Below the pieces are notes generated by a model that saw nothing but the letters and a program-made list of their open reading frames with translations, had not been told where the DNA came from and did no database searches. Positions 10,543 through 20,087 of a stretch of DNA of 27,365 nucleotides are shown here, piece after piece. Origin of the DNA: a virus (taxonomy: Duplodnaviria; Caudoviricetes); the IMG/VR virus record IMGVR_UViG_3300031963_000771, positions 1 through 27,365 of that record; one strand, written 5' to 3'. Position numbers and translations under genes: made by a program. Position 1 is the stretch's first letter, and each line of letters begins with the position of its first letter.

Positions 10543-10661
10543 GCCTGCTAACGGAACGACTGGCCCGTTAGAGCGACACAAACACCAGTAGTAGAAGCCA
10601 TACAGAAAGTCCCCGAATCTGTATGAGGTCTACGAAACCAACTAACAAGGGAGAAGGACCT
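10543..10661 (+). promoter_or_regulatory. Structured 5' leader of the scaffold gene (two hairpins, each with a possible pseudoknot)
   Basis: CTAACGG(10548-54)/CCGTTAG(10565-71); loop ACTGG(10559-63)/CCAGT(10585-89); GTAGA..CATACAGA(10591-10606)/TCTGTATG..TCTAC(10618-33); loop GTCCCC is complementary to GGGA/GGAC in the RBS. Confidence 0.6.
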
Positions 10662-11126
10662 ATGTCCAACTACGACTACGAAGACGACGACTTTGATACT
10701 GATACCAGTAATGATCTCGTCAAGCAGTTGCGTAAAGCAACAAAGCAAAAAGACAAAGAACTCGCCGAACTAAAGGCGCAGTATGAGTCACTTGCAAAAG
10801 CAAACAGAGAACGAGCAATCAAAGATGCCCTCGCTAGTCGCGGGGTAAACAGCAAAATTGCAGCGTTTATCCCACAGGATATAGACCCAACTGAGGAGTC
10901 TGTATCAAAATGGCTCAGTGATTATGCCGATGTATTCGGCGTAGATACTGGGTCGAACCAGGCAACACCTAATGTAGACCCAGCCCAAGCTGCTGCATAT
11001 CAGCGTATGACTAATGCCGTAGAACAAGGAGTTACTCCTGAGTTCCAGGCAGATATTCACCGTCGCTTGATGAACGCAAACAGCAAGGAAGAACTGGACG
11101 AAATCATTAGAGCGTCTGGACTCTAA
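10662..11126 (+). CDS. Capsid scaffolding protein (154 aa)
   Basis: Start moved to ATG 10662 (SD GGGAGAAGGA). Acidic N-terminus (YDYEDDDFDTD), coiled coil (LRKATKQKDKELAELKAQYE), immediately upstream of the capsid gene. Confidence 0.8.
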   Translation: MSNYDYEDDDFDTDTSNDLVKQLRKATKQKDKELAELKAQYESLAKANRERAIKDALASRGVNSKIAAFIPQDIDPTEESVSKWLSDYADVFGVDTGSNQATPNVDPAQAAAYQRMTNAVEQGVTPEFQADIHRRLMNANSKEELDEIIRASGL

Positions 11127-11152
11127 CCGAACCTATCCGAAAGGCAAGATAA

Positions 11153-12082
11153 GTGGCAATTCCTACAGGTACGCTTACTTCGTCTTCGACAATCAGCAAC
11201 CTCGTCCAAACAGCGTACGATCAGTATGTCCGTATGGCGCTTCGCTCCATCCCAGTGATGCGTGCGTTGGCTGATGTCAAGCCAGTACAGCAAGCAATGC
11301 CAGGTTCGTCAGTTGTATTCTCCATCTACTCAGATCTCGCAACAGCGACTGGTACTTTGACAGAAACTTCTGATGTTTCCTCTATCGCACTTGGTAACCC
11401 AAATCAGGTTACTGTTACCCTCAATGAGTACGGCTCAGCCGTAACAACCACCAAGAAGTTGAACCTCACTTCTTTCAACGACGTAGATGCAGCACTTGCT
11501 GACATCATTGCATACAACGCTGCCGATTCAATCGACACAGTTGTATCTTCCGTCTTGACTGGTGGCTCCAATGCGCTATACGGCGGAACCGCAACAGGTA
11601 CCGCATCCGTTACAGCATCTGGCACAATGACAACCGCTCTTATCCGTAAGGCTGTTGTTCAACTTCGTACCAACAAGGCTGTACCTCGTATCGGCGAACT
11701 TTACGCTGCATACCTCCACCCACGTCAGTCTGCGGATCTCCGCGCTGAAGCGGGAACTGGCGGATTCCAGGAACTCACCAAGTACGTCGAGCGCACTCCG
11801 TTCGTCGCTGGTGCAGTCGGAGCGTTGGAAGGTGCTTACATCGTTGAGACACCTCGCGTTCCTTCCGAGACAAACGCATCTTCTGTCGTTGTTTACAAGG
11901 CAGTAGTTGCTGGTCGTGAAGCACTTGCTGAAGCTCTTGCACAAGACACTTCAGTAGTCATCGGTCCAGAAATCGACGCACTCCGTCGTTTCCGCACCAT
12001 CGGCTGGTACACATTTGCTGGCTGGAATCGTCTCCGTGAAGCGGCTCTATACCGCATCGAGACTGCAACAACAATCAACTAG
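11153..12082 (+). CDS. Major capsid protein (HK97 fold, N4-gp56-like family)
   Basis: 309 aa with motifs V.VTLNEYG, AYLHP.QSADLR, G..G.LEG..IVET, D.L.RFRTIGWY...G; strongly biased codons; follows the scaffold. Confidence 0.9.
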   Translation: MAIPTGTLTSSSTISNLVQTAYDQYVRMALRSIPVMRALADVKPVQQAMPGSSVVFSIYSDLATATGTLTETSDVSSIALGNPNQVTVTLNEYGSAVTTTKKLNLTSFNDVDAALADIIAYNAADSIDTVVSSVLTGGSNALYGGTATGTASVTASGTMTTALIRKAVVQLRTNKAVPRIGELYAAYLHPRQSADLRAEAGTGGFQELTKYVERTPFVAGAVGALEGAYIVETPRVPSETNASSVVVYKAVVAGREALAEALAQDTSVVIGPEIDALRRFRTIGWYTFAGWNRLREAALYRIETATTIN

Positions 12083-12132
12083 TTTGTTGTCTATCGGGCA
12101 GGGGCAACCCTGCCTGGTGGTGAATTAGCTAG
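12079..12132 (+). promoter_or_regulatory. Long GNRA-capped hairpin after the capsid gene (attenuator, processing or stability element)
   Basis: CTATCGGGCAGGG(12091-12103)-GCAA-CCCTGCCTGGTGG(12108-12120): 13 bp including 3 G-U pairs, extendable by CTAGTT/AGCTAG; no U-tract. Confidence 0.65.
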
Positions 12133-12143
12133 GAAAGGAAGTT

Positions 12144-12470
12144 ATGGCTTACAGATTGACAACACCTTGGCGTTGGGAAACGTGGGGCGCTGGATATGAA
12201 GTCTACGACCCATACTCACGCCTTGCAGGTAAGCCAGTTACTGGTGGTTCAATTACAGGTACAACTAATCCATACCTGACAGACATCCCACGAGGTTATA
12301 CATTTATCGTCAATGGAACAACAGTGACTGTAGAGCAGACACCAAGCCAAGACACACTGGCTGCTGCTGATTCATATTATCTTGGTGGTACTGAATCTAT
12401 TATTAGCGACTCCGAAGCCCAAATCTTTATTGATGCAGGTTACTCCGACTACCTAACACCGATTGCGTAG
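12144..12470 (+). CDS. Hypothetical virion structural protein (108 aa)
   Basis: SD GAAAGGA; Thr/Tyr/Gly-rich; directly downstream of the capsid gene. Confidence 0.65.
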   Translation: MAYRLTTPWRWETWGAGYEVYDPYSRLAGKPVTGGSITGTTNPYLTDIPRGYTFIVNGTTVTVEQTPSQDTLAAADSYYLGGTESIISDSEAQIFIDAGYSDYLTPIA

Positions 12471-12472
12471 AT

Positions 12473-12814
12473 ATGCCTAGATACGATTACATTTGCCAGA
12501 CTTGCGAAGTACAAGAAGAAATCTCTAAATCTTACGCAGAGTTTGAAAGAAAAGAAATTTGCTCTACCTGCGATAACGAGATGGTCAGAGCAATCAATAT
12601 GCCTAACTTTGCAGGGTGCTTCCCTACTCGGCAACACTGGGATAAGACCAAAGAAATCAAATGGGACAAAGAAGTAAACTCCTATTACGACGCGGTACGT
12701 CAAGGAGTCGAACCAATCTCCACCAAGCAAAAAGATATAGATGCCGCAATGAAGTTTTCCAACGAAAGCGGTAAGGCTTTTGACGGAAATACAATGACTC
12801 TCAAGGAGAAATAA
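12473..12814 (+). CDS. FmdB-family zinc-ribbon protein
   Basis: N-terminal MPRYDYICQTC...ICSTC...M.R pattern (MPxYxYxCxxC...CxxC). Confidence 0.75.
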   Translation: MPRYDYICQTCEVQEEISKSYAEFERKEICSTCDNEMVRAINMPNFAGCFPTRQHWDKTKEIKWDKEVNSYYDAVRQGVEPISTKQKDIDAAMKFSNESGKAFDGNTMTLKEK

Positions 12815-12815
12815 A

Positions 12816-12947
12816 ATGCCAGCAAACGATCCAAAGCAGTACGAAGAATCCGAAGACTTTATGCCTTGGCCTAGTGATACAAACGACAAGCCATTTATGA
12901 CCTATGACAAGTTGATGACAGGCGCTCCAGGAAAGGCAGCAAAATAA
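12816..12947 (+). CDS. Small hypothetical protein, 43 aa (MPANDPKQYEESEDFMPWPSDTNDKPFMTYDKLMTGAPGKAAK)
   Basis: Not in the ORF track; SD AAGGAG; TAATG coupling to the next ORF. Confidence 0.7.
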   Translation: MPANDPKQYEESEDFMPWPSDTNDKPFMTYDKLMTGAPGKAAK

Positions 12948-13000
12948 TGGCAAAGGCAAAGAAGTGCAAGAAGTGCGGCAAAGCAAAGTGCAAGTGCTGA
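12947..13000 (+). CDS. 17-aa Cys/Lys micro-peptide (MAKAKKCKKCGKAKCKC)
   Basis: ATG overlaps the upstream TAA (TAATG), GAAAGG upstream, stop lies 1 nt before the next ATG; fills the gap exactly. Confidence 0.55.
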   Translation: MAKAKKCKKCGKAKCKC

Positions 13001-13001
13001 T

Positions 13002-13175
13002 ATGAAAAAGAAAACAGCCGCCAAAAAGGTCGCCAAAGTAATGCGTGAGTTCAAGGGTGGAACCCTTCACTCAGGTAAAAAGGGACCAGTTGTAAAGTCC
13101 AAGAAGCAGGCTATTGCTATCGCTTTGTCTGAAGCAGGAATGTCCAAGGCTAAGAAGAAGGCAAAGAAGAAGTAA
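13002..13175 (+). CDS. Small basic protein, 57 aa, DUF6496-like
   Basis: KVAKVMREFKGGTLHSGKKGPVVKSKKQAIAIALSEAG matches the KVM.E.K.G.L.SG...V.S.KQAIAI.LSEA pattern as I recall it; TAATG coupling downstream. Confidence 0.8.
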   Translation: MKKKTAAKKVAKVMREFKGGTLHSGKKGPVVKSKKQAIAIALSEAGMSKAKKKAKKK

Positions 13176-13318
13176 TGTCGTCGGGTCAATACCGCCGACG
13201 TGAGAAGTTCAACTCTGTCATTATCAGAGACGGGATGGTTGTCAGACTCAACAAGAATGGCACGATTCGTGCAGTTCTAGGAAAGTATGGAGAGTATGGA
13301 AAGAAAGACAAAGCGTGA
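13175..13318 (+). CDS. Small basic protein, 47 aa (MSSGQYRRREKFNSVIIRDGMVVRLNKNGTIRAVLGKYGEYGKKDKA)
   Basis: TAATG-coupled start; overlaps the next gene. Confidence 0.65.
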   Translation: MSSGQYRRREKFNSVIIRDGMVVRLNKNGTIRAVLGKYGEYGKKDKA

Positions 13319-13568
13319 TCCGCGTCTTGCAAGAGCTGGCGTTACGGGCTTCAACAAACCCAAGCGTACGCCTTCTCACCCAACTAAGAGCCACGTCGTC
13401 GTTGCCAAAGAGGGAAGTCAAGTCAAGACAATCCGATTCGGACAACAAGGCGTAACAGGCGATAGACAGCCTACGAAACGGCAAAAGTCATTCAAAGCAC
13501 GTCACGCAAAGAACATTGCTAAAGGCAAGATGAGCGCCGCATATTGGGCAGATAAGGTGAAGTGGTGA
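13296..13568 (+). CDS. Conserved basic phage protein (possibly DUF6321-like)
   Basis: KPKRTPSHPTKSHVVVAKEG..VKTIRFGQQG...KSFKARH...SAAYWADKVKW is a motif set I recognise from many aquatic phages; start at 13296 follows GGAGAG. Confidence 0.8.
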   Translation: MERKTKRDPRLARAGVTGFNKPKRTPSHPTKSHVVVAKEGSQVKTIRFGQQGVTGDRQPTKRQKSFKARHAKNIAKGKMSAAYWADKVKW

Positions 13569-13723
13569 AAAAGAAAGCATTTTGGGATACAAAGAATCCT
13601 AAGAAGACATCTAAGAAACTAACACCAGCGCAGAAGACTGCTGCCAAGAAGCGTGCTAAAGCTGCTGGTCGTCCATATCCAAATCTGGTAGATAACGCAG
13701 CAGTAGCAAAAAAGAAGAAGTAG
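13565..13723 (+). CDS. Small Lys-rich protein, 52 aa (MKKKAFWDTKNPKKTSKKLTPAQKTAAKKRAKAAGRPYPNLVDNAAVAKKKK)
   Basis: Not in the ORF track; GTGA overlap with the upstream stop, SD AAGGTG; carries a GRPYPNLVDN motif seen in other phages. Confidence 0.75.
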   Translation: MKKKAFWDTKNPKKTSKKLTPAQKTAAKKRAKAAGRPYPNLVDNAAVAKKKK

Positions 13724-13732
13724 GAGATACAA

Positions 13733-14020
13733 GTGGCACTAGGAGTTTACGGCACAACGCTCAATGACGAACTCAATCGTCTAGCCAATGGCGGCACTTA
13801 CCGCACAATGGGCAATATGGTTGATATGGCTCTGGCAGCACAGCAGTGGGCTACCCAACGCTCCGTGACCACAACAGTTACAGATACAGTGGGGGTACTC
13901 AATGAAATTGCTGGCATTGTTGATAAAGATGAGTGGCTTGATTTTACTGGCGTATGTAACTACCTCGCTTCTACTTCTGGACTGGCTGCAGCGCAAGCTC
14001 TCAGAGGAATCTCATCCTGA
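13733..14020 (+). CDS. Hypothetical virion protein (95 aa)
   Basis: SD AGGAG, GTG start, TGATG coupling to the next gene. Confidence 0.65.
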   Translation: MALGVYGTTLNDELNRLANGGTYRTMGNMVDMALAAQQWATQRSVTTTVTDTVGVLNEIAGIVDKDEWLDFTGVCNYLASTSGLAAAQALRGISS

Positions 14021-14357
14021 TGAGTGCGAAATATAACCTCGTTTGCGACCAAGCAACCACATTCAATTTTCAGTTCCAGATTACCAATGATGGTACTCCT
14101 TGGAACTTGGCTGGCTATACAGGCACAATGACAGTGCGCCCATTCGTAGGCGCTAATACAACTACTGTTGTGGCATCTACTGCCAATGGTCGTATGACCT
14201 TTGATGCACCTAATGGCAGAGTTACTGTGACCATCAATGCAACAACTACTGGCGCTATAGGTGCAGGTAGATATTCATATGATTTAGTTTTGAACTCTGG
14301 CGGTACTGTGACAAGAATCCTTGAAGGTAAGTTTGTAGTGACAGGAGCTGTAACTCA

Positions 14358-14361
<4 letters not shown>
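14020..14361 (+). CDS. Beta-sandwich fibre adaptor-like protein (113 aa)
   Basis: Pattern DQ.TTF...NL.GYT..M.VR...G.V.V.I....T......Y.YDL......VTRILEG.F.V typical of small proteins that precede phage fibres. Confidence 0.65.
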
Positions 14362-15959
<1,598 letters not shown>

Positions 15960-15965
15960 ACAATT

Positions 15966-15981
15966 TGATACGATTGTGGTA
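15966..15981 (+). promoter_or_regulatory. Putative extended -10 promoter giving a leaderless glycosyltransferase mRNA
   Basis: TG-A-TACGAT (15966-15974), then 6 nt, then ATG 15981; no SD in the 21-nt gap. Confidence 0.5.
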
Positions 15982-17081
15982 TGAGATTTCACGTCGTAGC
16001 ACTACCACATACCCAAGTCACTAAAGCATTTGCAGGTTGTGCGTACACTGAAAAGGTACGCAGATTCTGTAATATGATGAAGAGTCTAGGTCATACAGTT
16101 TATCTTTATGCTGGCGAAGAAAACGAAGCCAATGTAGATGAACTGATTACCTGTATCACTGAGACACAACGACGAATCGTTGTAGGTAACAAGCCGTATG
16201 TAGAGGCACCGTTCAATTACAGACTGCCTCACTGGGAGAAGTTCAACAAGAAGGTTGTTGCGGAAATCCGCAAGCGAGCAGAGAAGCAAGACTTCATCTG
16301 TGTTATAGCAGGTGGCTCACATCAGCCTATTGCTCTAGCTCTGCCACATATGATGACAGTAGAGTTTGGTGTCGGATACTCTGGAGTATTTTCTAACTAC
16401 CGAGTATTTGAATCCTACGCTTGGATGCACAGCGTTTATGCACAGCACAAAGACGCAGCCACAGTAGATGGTTCATTCTTTGATGCGGTGATTCCAGGTT
16501 ACTTAGATCCTGAGATGTTTCCGCTAGGTGAAGGTAAAGGTGATTACTACCTTTACATTGGTCGAATGATTCCACGCAAAGGCGTGGACATTGCAGCACA
16601 TATCTGCAAGACCATTGGCGCTAAATTGATTATGGCAGGTCCTGGCGACCACATACCAAACTATGGCGAATATGTCGGAGCAGTAGGACCTGAGCAACGT
16701 GCAGAGTTGATGGGTAATGCCATTGCAACTTTTGTACCTACTCTGTACATAGAACCTTTTGGCAATGTGAACATTGAGTCACAAGCCTGCGGAACTCCAG
16801 TTATCACTACAGACTGGGGCGCATTTACAGAAACTGTAGTAGAAGGCGTTACAGGCTTTAGATGCCGTAACGTAGAAGAGTTTATCTTGGCGACACAGAA
16901 CGTCAAGAATCTAGACCGCAAGGCAATTAGGGACAGGGCTGTATCGCTCTACTCCGTAGATGTTATTGCGAAGCAATACGAAAAATACTTCAACAGGCTA
17001 CTAACCCTGTGGGGAGACGGCTGGTACACGGAAGGAAACAATGCCAACACTGTCCGAGATGATAGACGAGGTGAAGAGTAA
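15981..17081 (+). CDS. Glycosyltransferase, GT-B fold, family GT4 (RfaB-like)
   Basis: YIGRMIPRKG and EPFGNVNIESQACGTPVITTDWGAFTETV (E-x7-E motif). Confidence 0.92.
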   Translation: MRFHVVALPHTQVTKAFAGCAYTEKVRRFCNMMKSLGHTVYLYAGEENEANVDELITCITETQRRIVVGNKPYVEAPFNYRLPHWEKFNKKVVAEIRKRAEKQDFICVIAGGSHQPIALALPHMMTVEFGVGYSGVFSNYRVFESYAWMHSVYAQHKDAATVDGSFFDAVIPGYLDPEMFPLGEGKGDYYLYIGRMIPRKGVDIAAHICKTIGAKLIMAGPGDHIPNYGEYVGAVGPEQRAELMGNAIATFVPTLYIEPFGNVNIESQACGTPVITTDWGAFTETVVEGVTGFRCRNVEEFILATQNVKNLDRKAIRDRAVSLYSVDVIAKQYEKYFNRLLTLWGDGWYTEGNNANTVRDDRRGEE

Positions 17082-17943
17082 CCTACAAGGTTACACACTC
17101 CGTCAAGATCGCATCACTTACGTTGCTAACGCTGCTGGTTTGACTACAACGTCAACCCAGATACAGGTCGGTTCGCAATCCAATCTTGCCAAAGGCATCA
17201 TTGAGGTTGACGACGAATTGATTTGGATTGATTCCTTTGATAAAGCAAGCAATACACTCAATGTTATTCCAGGTTTCGGTCGTGGATACCAAGGCACTAC
17301 TGCCTCACCGCATAGCCAATATGCCCCAGTTACCTTAGCTCCTACCTTCCCAAAGGTAACAATCAAGAAGGCTATCAACGACACTATCAATAGTTATTAC
17401 CCGAAACTATGGGCAGTAAGTTCAACAACCTTTACATTCAACGCATCTCAGACAACATATGCAATGCCAGATGACTGCGAGCAGATTCTTTATATGTCGT
17501 GGCAGACTACAGGTTCAAGCCAAGAGTGGTTACCTATCAATCGCTGGCGCATTGACCCAATGGCTAACAGCGCAACATTCAATACCAATGTAACAGTAAA
17601 TATCTATGAGAATATCCAACCTGGTCGAACAGTGCAGGTCTGGTATACAACAGAACCTAATACCCTTGATGCCAGCACAGATGACTATGAAGATGTCACT
17701 GGCTTACCAGCCAGCACATATGATGTGACAGTCCTAGGTGCCTGCTACAAACTTCTATCATTCGTTGACGCTGGTCGTATCAATCTATCCAGCGCTGAGG
17801 CTGACCTCAATGACACCAAGAACCCATACAACTCTGGTGCCTCTGCTTCTCGTTATGTATTCGCTCTGTTCCAACAGAGACTCAACGACGAAGCCTTGAA
17901 GTTGCAAGATAAGTTCCCTATCAGAATCCACTACACCAAGTAA
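17041..17943 (+). CDS. Probable head-tail adaptor / tail tubular protein A (300 aa)
   Basis: MPTLSEMIDEV N-terminal helix, IKKAINDTI...Y.MP.D pattern, position upstream of fibre and nozzle genes. Confidence 0.6.
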   Translation: MPTLSEMIDEVKSNLQGYTLRQDRITYVANAAGLTTTSTQIQVGSQSNLAKGIIEVDDELIWIDSFDKASNTLNVIPGFGRGYQGTTASPHSQYAPVTLAPTFPKVTIKKAINDTINSYYPKLWAVSSTTFTFNASQTTYAMPDDCEQILYMSWQTTGSSQEWLPINRWRIDPMANSATFNTNVTVNIYENIQPGRTVQVWYTTEPNTLDASTDDYEDVTGLPASTYDVTVLGACYKLLSFVDAGRINLSSAEADLNDTKNPYNSGASASRYVFALFQQRLNDEALKLQDKFPIRIHYTK

Positions 17944-17952
17944 GGAAAGCCA

Positions 17953-18597
17953 ATGACACGTCTATTCTCAAGCATCAGCGTTCAGACTACGCTGGCAACA
18001 CCGATTGCAAGCGGTGATACAACGTTGACTGTCTCCTCTGGTACAGGTTCAGCACTCCTTGGTGGTGTGACTCTGGCAGCAGGTGGAGCAGACCAATTCA
18101 CAGTAGCAATCGATCCAGATACCAATAATGAAGAAATTGTTTTTATTACTGCCGCTGCATCTGACACTTTTACTGTAGTTCGCGGTCGAGCAGGAACAAC
18201 CGCAGTAAGTCATTCAAGCGGTGCCACAGTCAAGCACGTTCTAACTTCAGACGATCTCAATGCTTTTGAGGCTGGACTAAATGAAACACTTCCATTCAAT
18301 GCACAAGTTGGAACTACATATACCATAGCTCTGACAGACGCTGGAGATGTAGTAACTTTGACTAATGCTTCTGCTATTACAGTTACCGTACCTACTAATG
18401 CTTCAGTAGCATTTCCTATCGGAACGCAGATTACCTTAGCTCAAATGGGTGCGGGTAAAGTTACAGTGGCAGGCGCTGCGGGAGTCACAGTTTATTCAAC
18501 TGATTCACACCTAAGCCTACGTGCTCAGTATTCATCTGGAACTCTTATCAAAACAGCTACAAATACTTGGTTACTAATAGGAGACTTGGCAGCCTAA
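17953..18597 (+). CDS. Tail fibre/anchor protein (214 aa)
   Basis: N-terminal EIV..T......TV.RG..GT.A.SH..GA.V motif; C-terminal domain is paralogous to that of the collagen protein. Confidence 0.65.
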   Translation: MTRLFSSISVQTTLATPIASGDTTLTVSSGTGSALLGGVTLAAGGADQFTVAIDPDTNNEEIVFITAAASDTFTVVRGRAGTTAVSHSSGATVKHVLTSDDLNAFEAGLNETLPFNAQVGTTYTIALTDAGDVVTLTNASAITVTVPTNASVAFPIGTQITLAQMGAGKVTVAGAAGVTVYSTDSHLSLRAQYSSGTLIKTATNTWLLIGDLAA

Positions 18598-20078
18598 TGA
18601 GAATCCTTGGAGTTATATCTTCATCAAGTCGTGAGGTTCCTGGAGCGCCGACAATCGGTACTGCTACAGATGTAGGGACTGGTCGTGCCTATAATAATGG
18701 TGCGGCAACTGTAACCTTTACAGCCCCTGCTTATTCTGGCGGATTGCCAATCACTGGATATACCGCTACTTCAAGTCCTGGTGGATTTACAGGTACAGGT
18801 TCCTCTAGCCCTATTACTGTTACTGGGCTACAGGCTGGAACTACTTACACATTTACAGTAGTGGCAACCAACTCTGTTGGTAATTCAACAGCATCTGCTG
18901 CATCTAATAGCATTGTTGCAACTACAGTTCCACAAGCGCCTACCATTGGTACAGCAACGGCTACCAGTTCTTCAACTGCAACTGTCGCATTTACTGGCAA
19001 TGCAAGCGGTGGCAAGGCAATATCTACCTACACAGCCACATCAAGCCCAAGTTCAATTACTGGATCTAGCGCTACTAGCCCTATAACTGTTTCTGGCTTG
19101 ACTTCTGGCACCCCTTATACATTTACTGTTACTGCAACAAATGCGAATGGAACTTCAACTGCATCTTCGGCCTCTAACAGCGTAACTCCTTCTTCTCCAT
19201 TTGCTGCTACAGGCGGAACAGAATACACATCTGGTGGATACAAGTATCATAAGTTTACATCTAATGGAACATTCCAAGTAACATCAGGCTCAAAGAATGT
19301 CGAAGTTCTCCTAATTGCTGGTGGTGGTTCAGGTGGTATAGCCACAGAAAGCACAACTAGCGGTAGCGGTGGTGGTGGTGCAGGTGGAGTTCTTTATACT
19401 TCATCTCAATCAGTTTCAACAGCCAGTTATTCTATTGTGATTGGCGCTGGTGGAGCAGGACGCGCATCAAGCAATGTTCTAACAGGAGCTAATGGAAGCA
19501 ATTCAACATTCAACAGCACCACGTTAGTAGCAACAGGTGGCGGTGGTGGTGGCACCAAGGGCGAAAACTCAAACAACGGTAACGGCGGCGGTAGCGGCGG
19601 TGGTGGTGCTTACAACAGCGGCAATAACACAACTGGTAATGGTGGCGCTGGAACATCGGGCCAAGGAAACAATGGTGGAAACTCTGGTGCAGTAGACCAA
19701 AACGGTGCTGGCGGTGGTGGCGGTGGTGGTGCTGGTGCTGCTGGCAGTGCTGGAACTAGCGGTACTAGCCGCAAGGGTGGCAATGGTGGTGACGGAACAA
19801 GTTCTTATTCAGTTTGGGGTAATGCTACTTCCAGTGGAGTTGACTATAACGGAACTCGCAAGTTTGCTGGTGGCGGTGGAGGTAGCGGTGGTACTGCTTC
19901 CCCAAATAGCAATGCTGGACAAGGTGGAGGTAGCGATGGTCGCGGAGATAATGGAAGTTCATCGCCAGGAACTGCAAATACAGGCAGTGGCTCAGGCGGC
20001 GCTTGGTCTGCAGTGAAAGGAAATTGCACAACTGGTAATGGCGGTTCTGGTATTTGTATTATTCGTTACACAGTATAA
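18597..20078 (+). CDS. Putative receptor-binding protein: two fibronectin type III repeats plus a glycine-rich C-terminal domain
   Basis: Start moved to the TAATG-coupled ATG 18597. Two VP.APTIGTAT...TVSGL..GT.YTFTV.ATN..G.S.AS repeats; YKYHKFTSNGTF...LIAGGGSGG...GGSGICIIRY glycine-rich domain. Confidence 0.8.
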   Translation: MRILGVISSSSREVPGAPTIGTATDVGTGRAYNNGAATVTFTAPAYSGGLPITGYTATSSPGGFTGTGSSSPITVTGLQAGTTYTFTVVATNSVGNSTASAASNSIVATTVPQAPTIGTATATSSSTATVAFTGNASGGKAISTYTATSSPSSITGSSATSPITVSGLTSGTPYTFTVTATNANGTSTASSASNSVTPSSPFAATGGTEYTSGGYKYHKFTSNGTFQVTSGSKNVEVLLIAGGGSGGIATESTTSGSGGGGAGGVLYTSSQSVSTASYSIVIGAGGAGRASSNVLTGANGSNSTFNSTTLVATGGGGGGTKGENSNNGNGGGSGGGGAYNSGNNTTGNGGAGTSGQGNNGGNSGAVDQNGAGGGGGGGAGAAGSAGTSGTSRKGGNGGDGTSSYSVWGNATSSGVDYNGTRKFAGGGGGSGGTASPNSNAGQGGGSDGRGDNGSSSPGTANTGSGSGGAWSAVKGNCTTGNGGSGICIIRYTV

Positions 20079-20087
20079 AGGATGACT

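Noticed and set aside
10574-10597. CGACAC in the scaffold leader as a third WhiA-type promoter
   Set aside because: No TANNNT at 10-11 nt spacing (TAGTAG and TAGAAG lack the final T); the region is better explained as RNA structure.
10623-10661. Longer scaffold start at ATG 10623
   Set aside because: It has no SD and lies inside a hairpin stem; ATG 10662 has a clear SD.
12449-13484. Minus-strand ORFs 12449-12889, 12801-13070 and 13248-13484
   Set aside because: The + strand is fully tiled by coupled ORFs with SD sequences; these are antisense shadows.
18597-20078. Diversity-generating retroelement targeting the receptor-binding gene
   Set aside because: No reverse transcriptase and no template/variable repeat pair differing at adenines were seen; the FN3 repeats are diverged protein-level duplicates.
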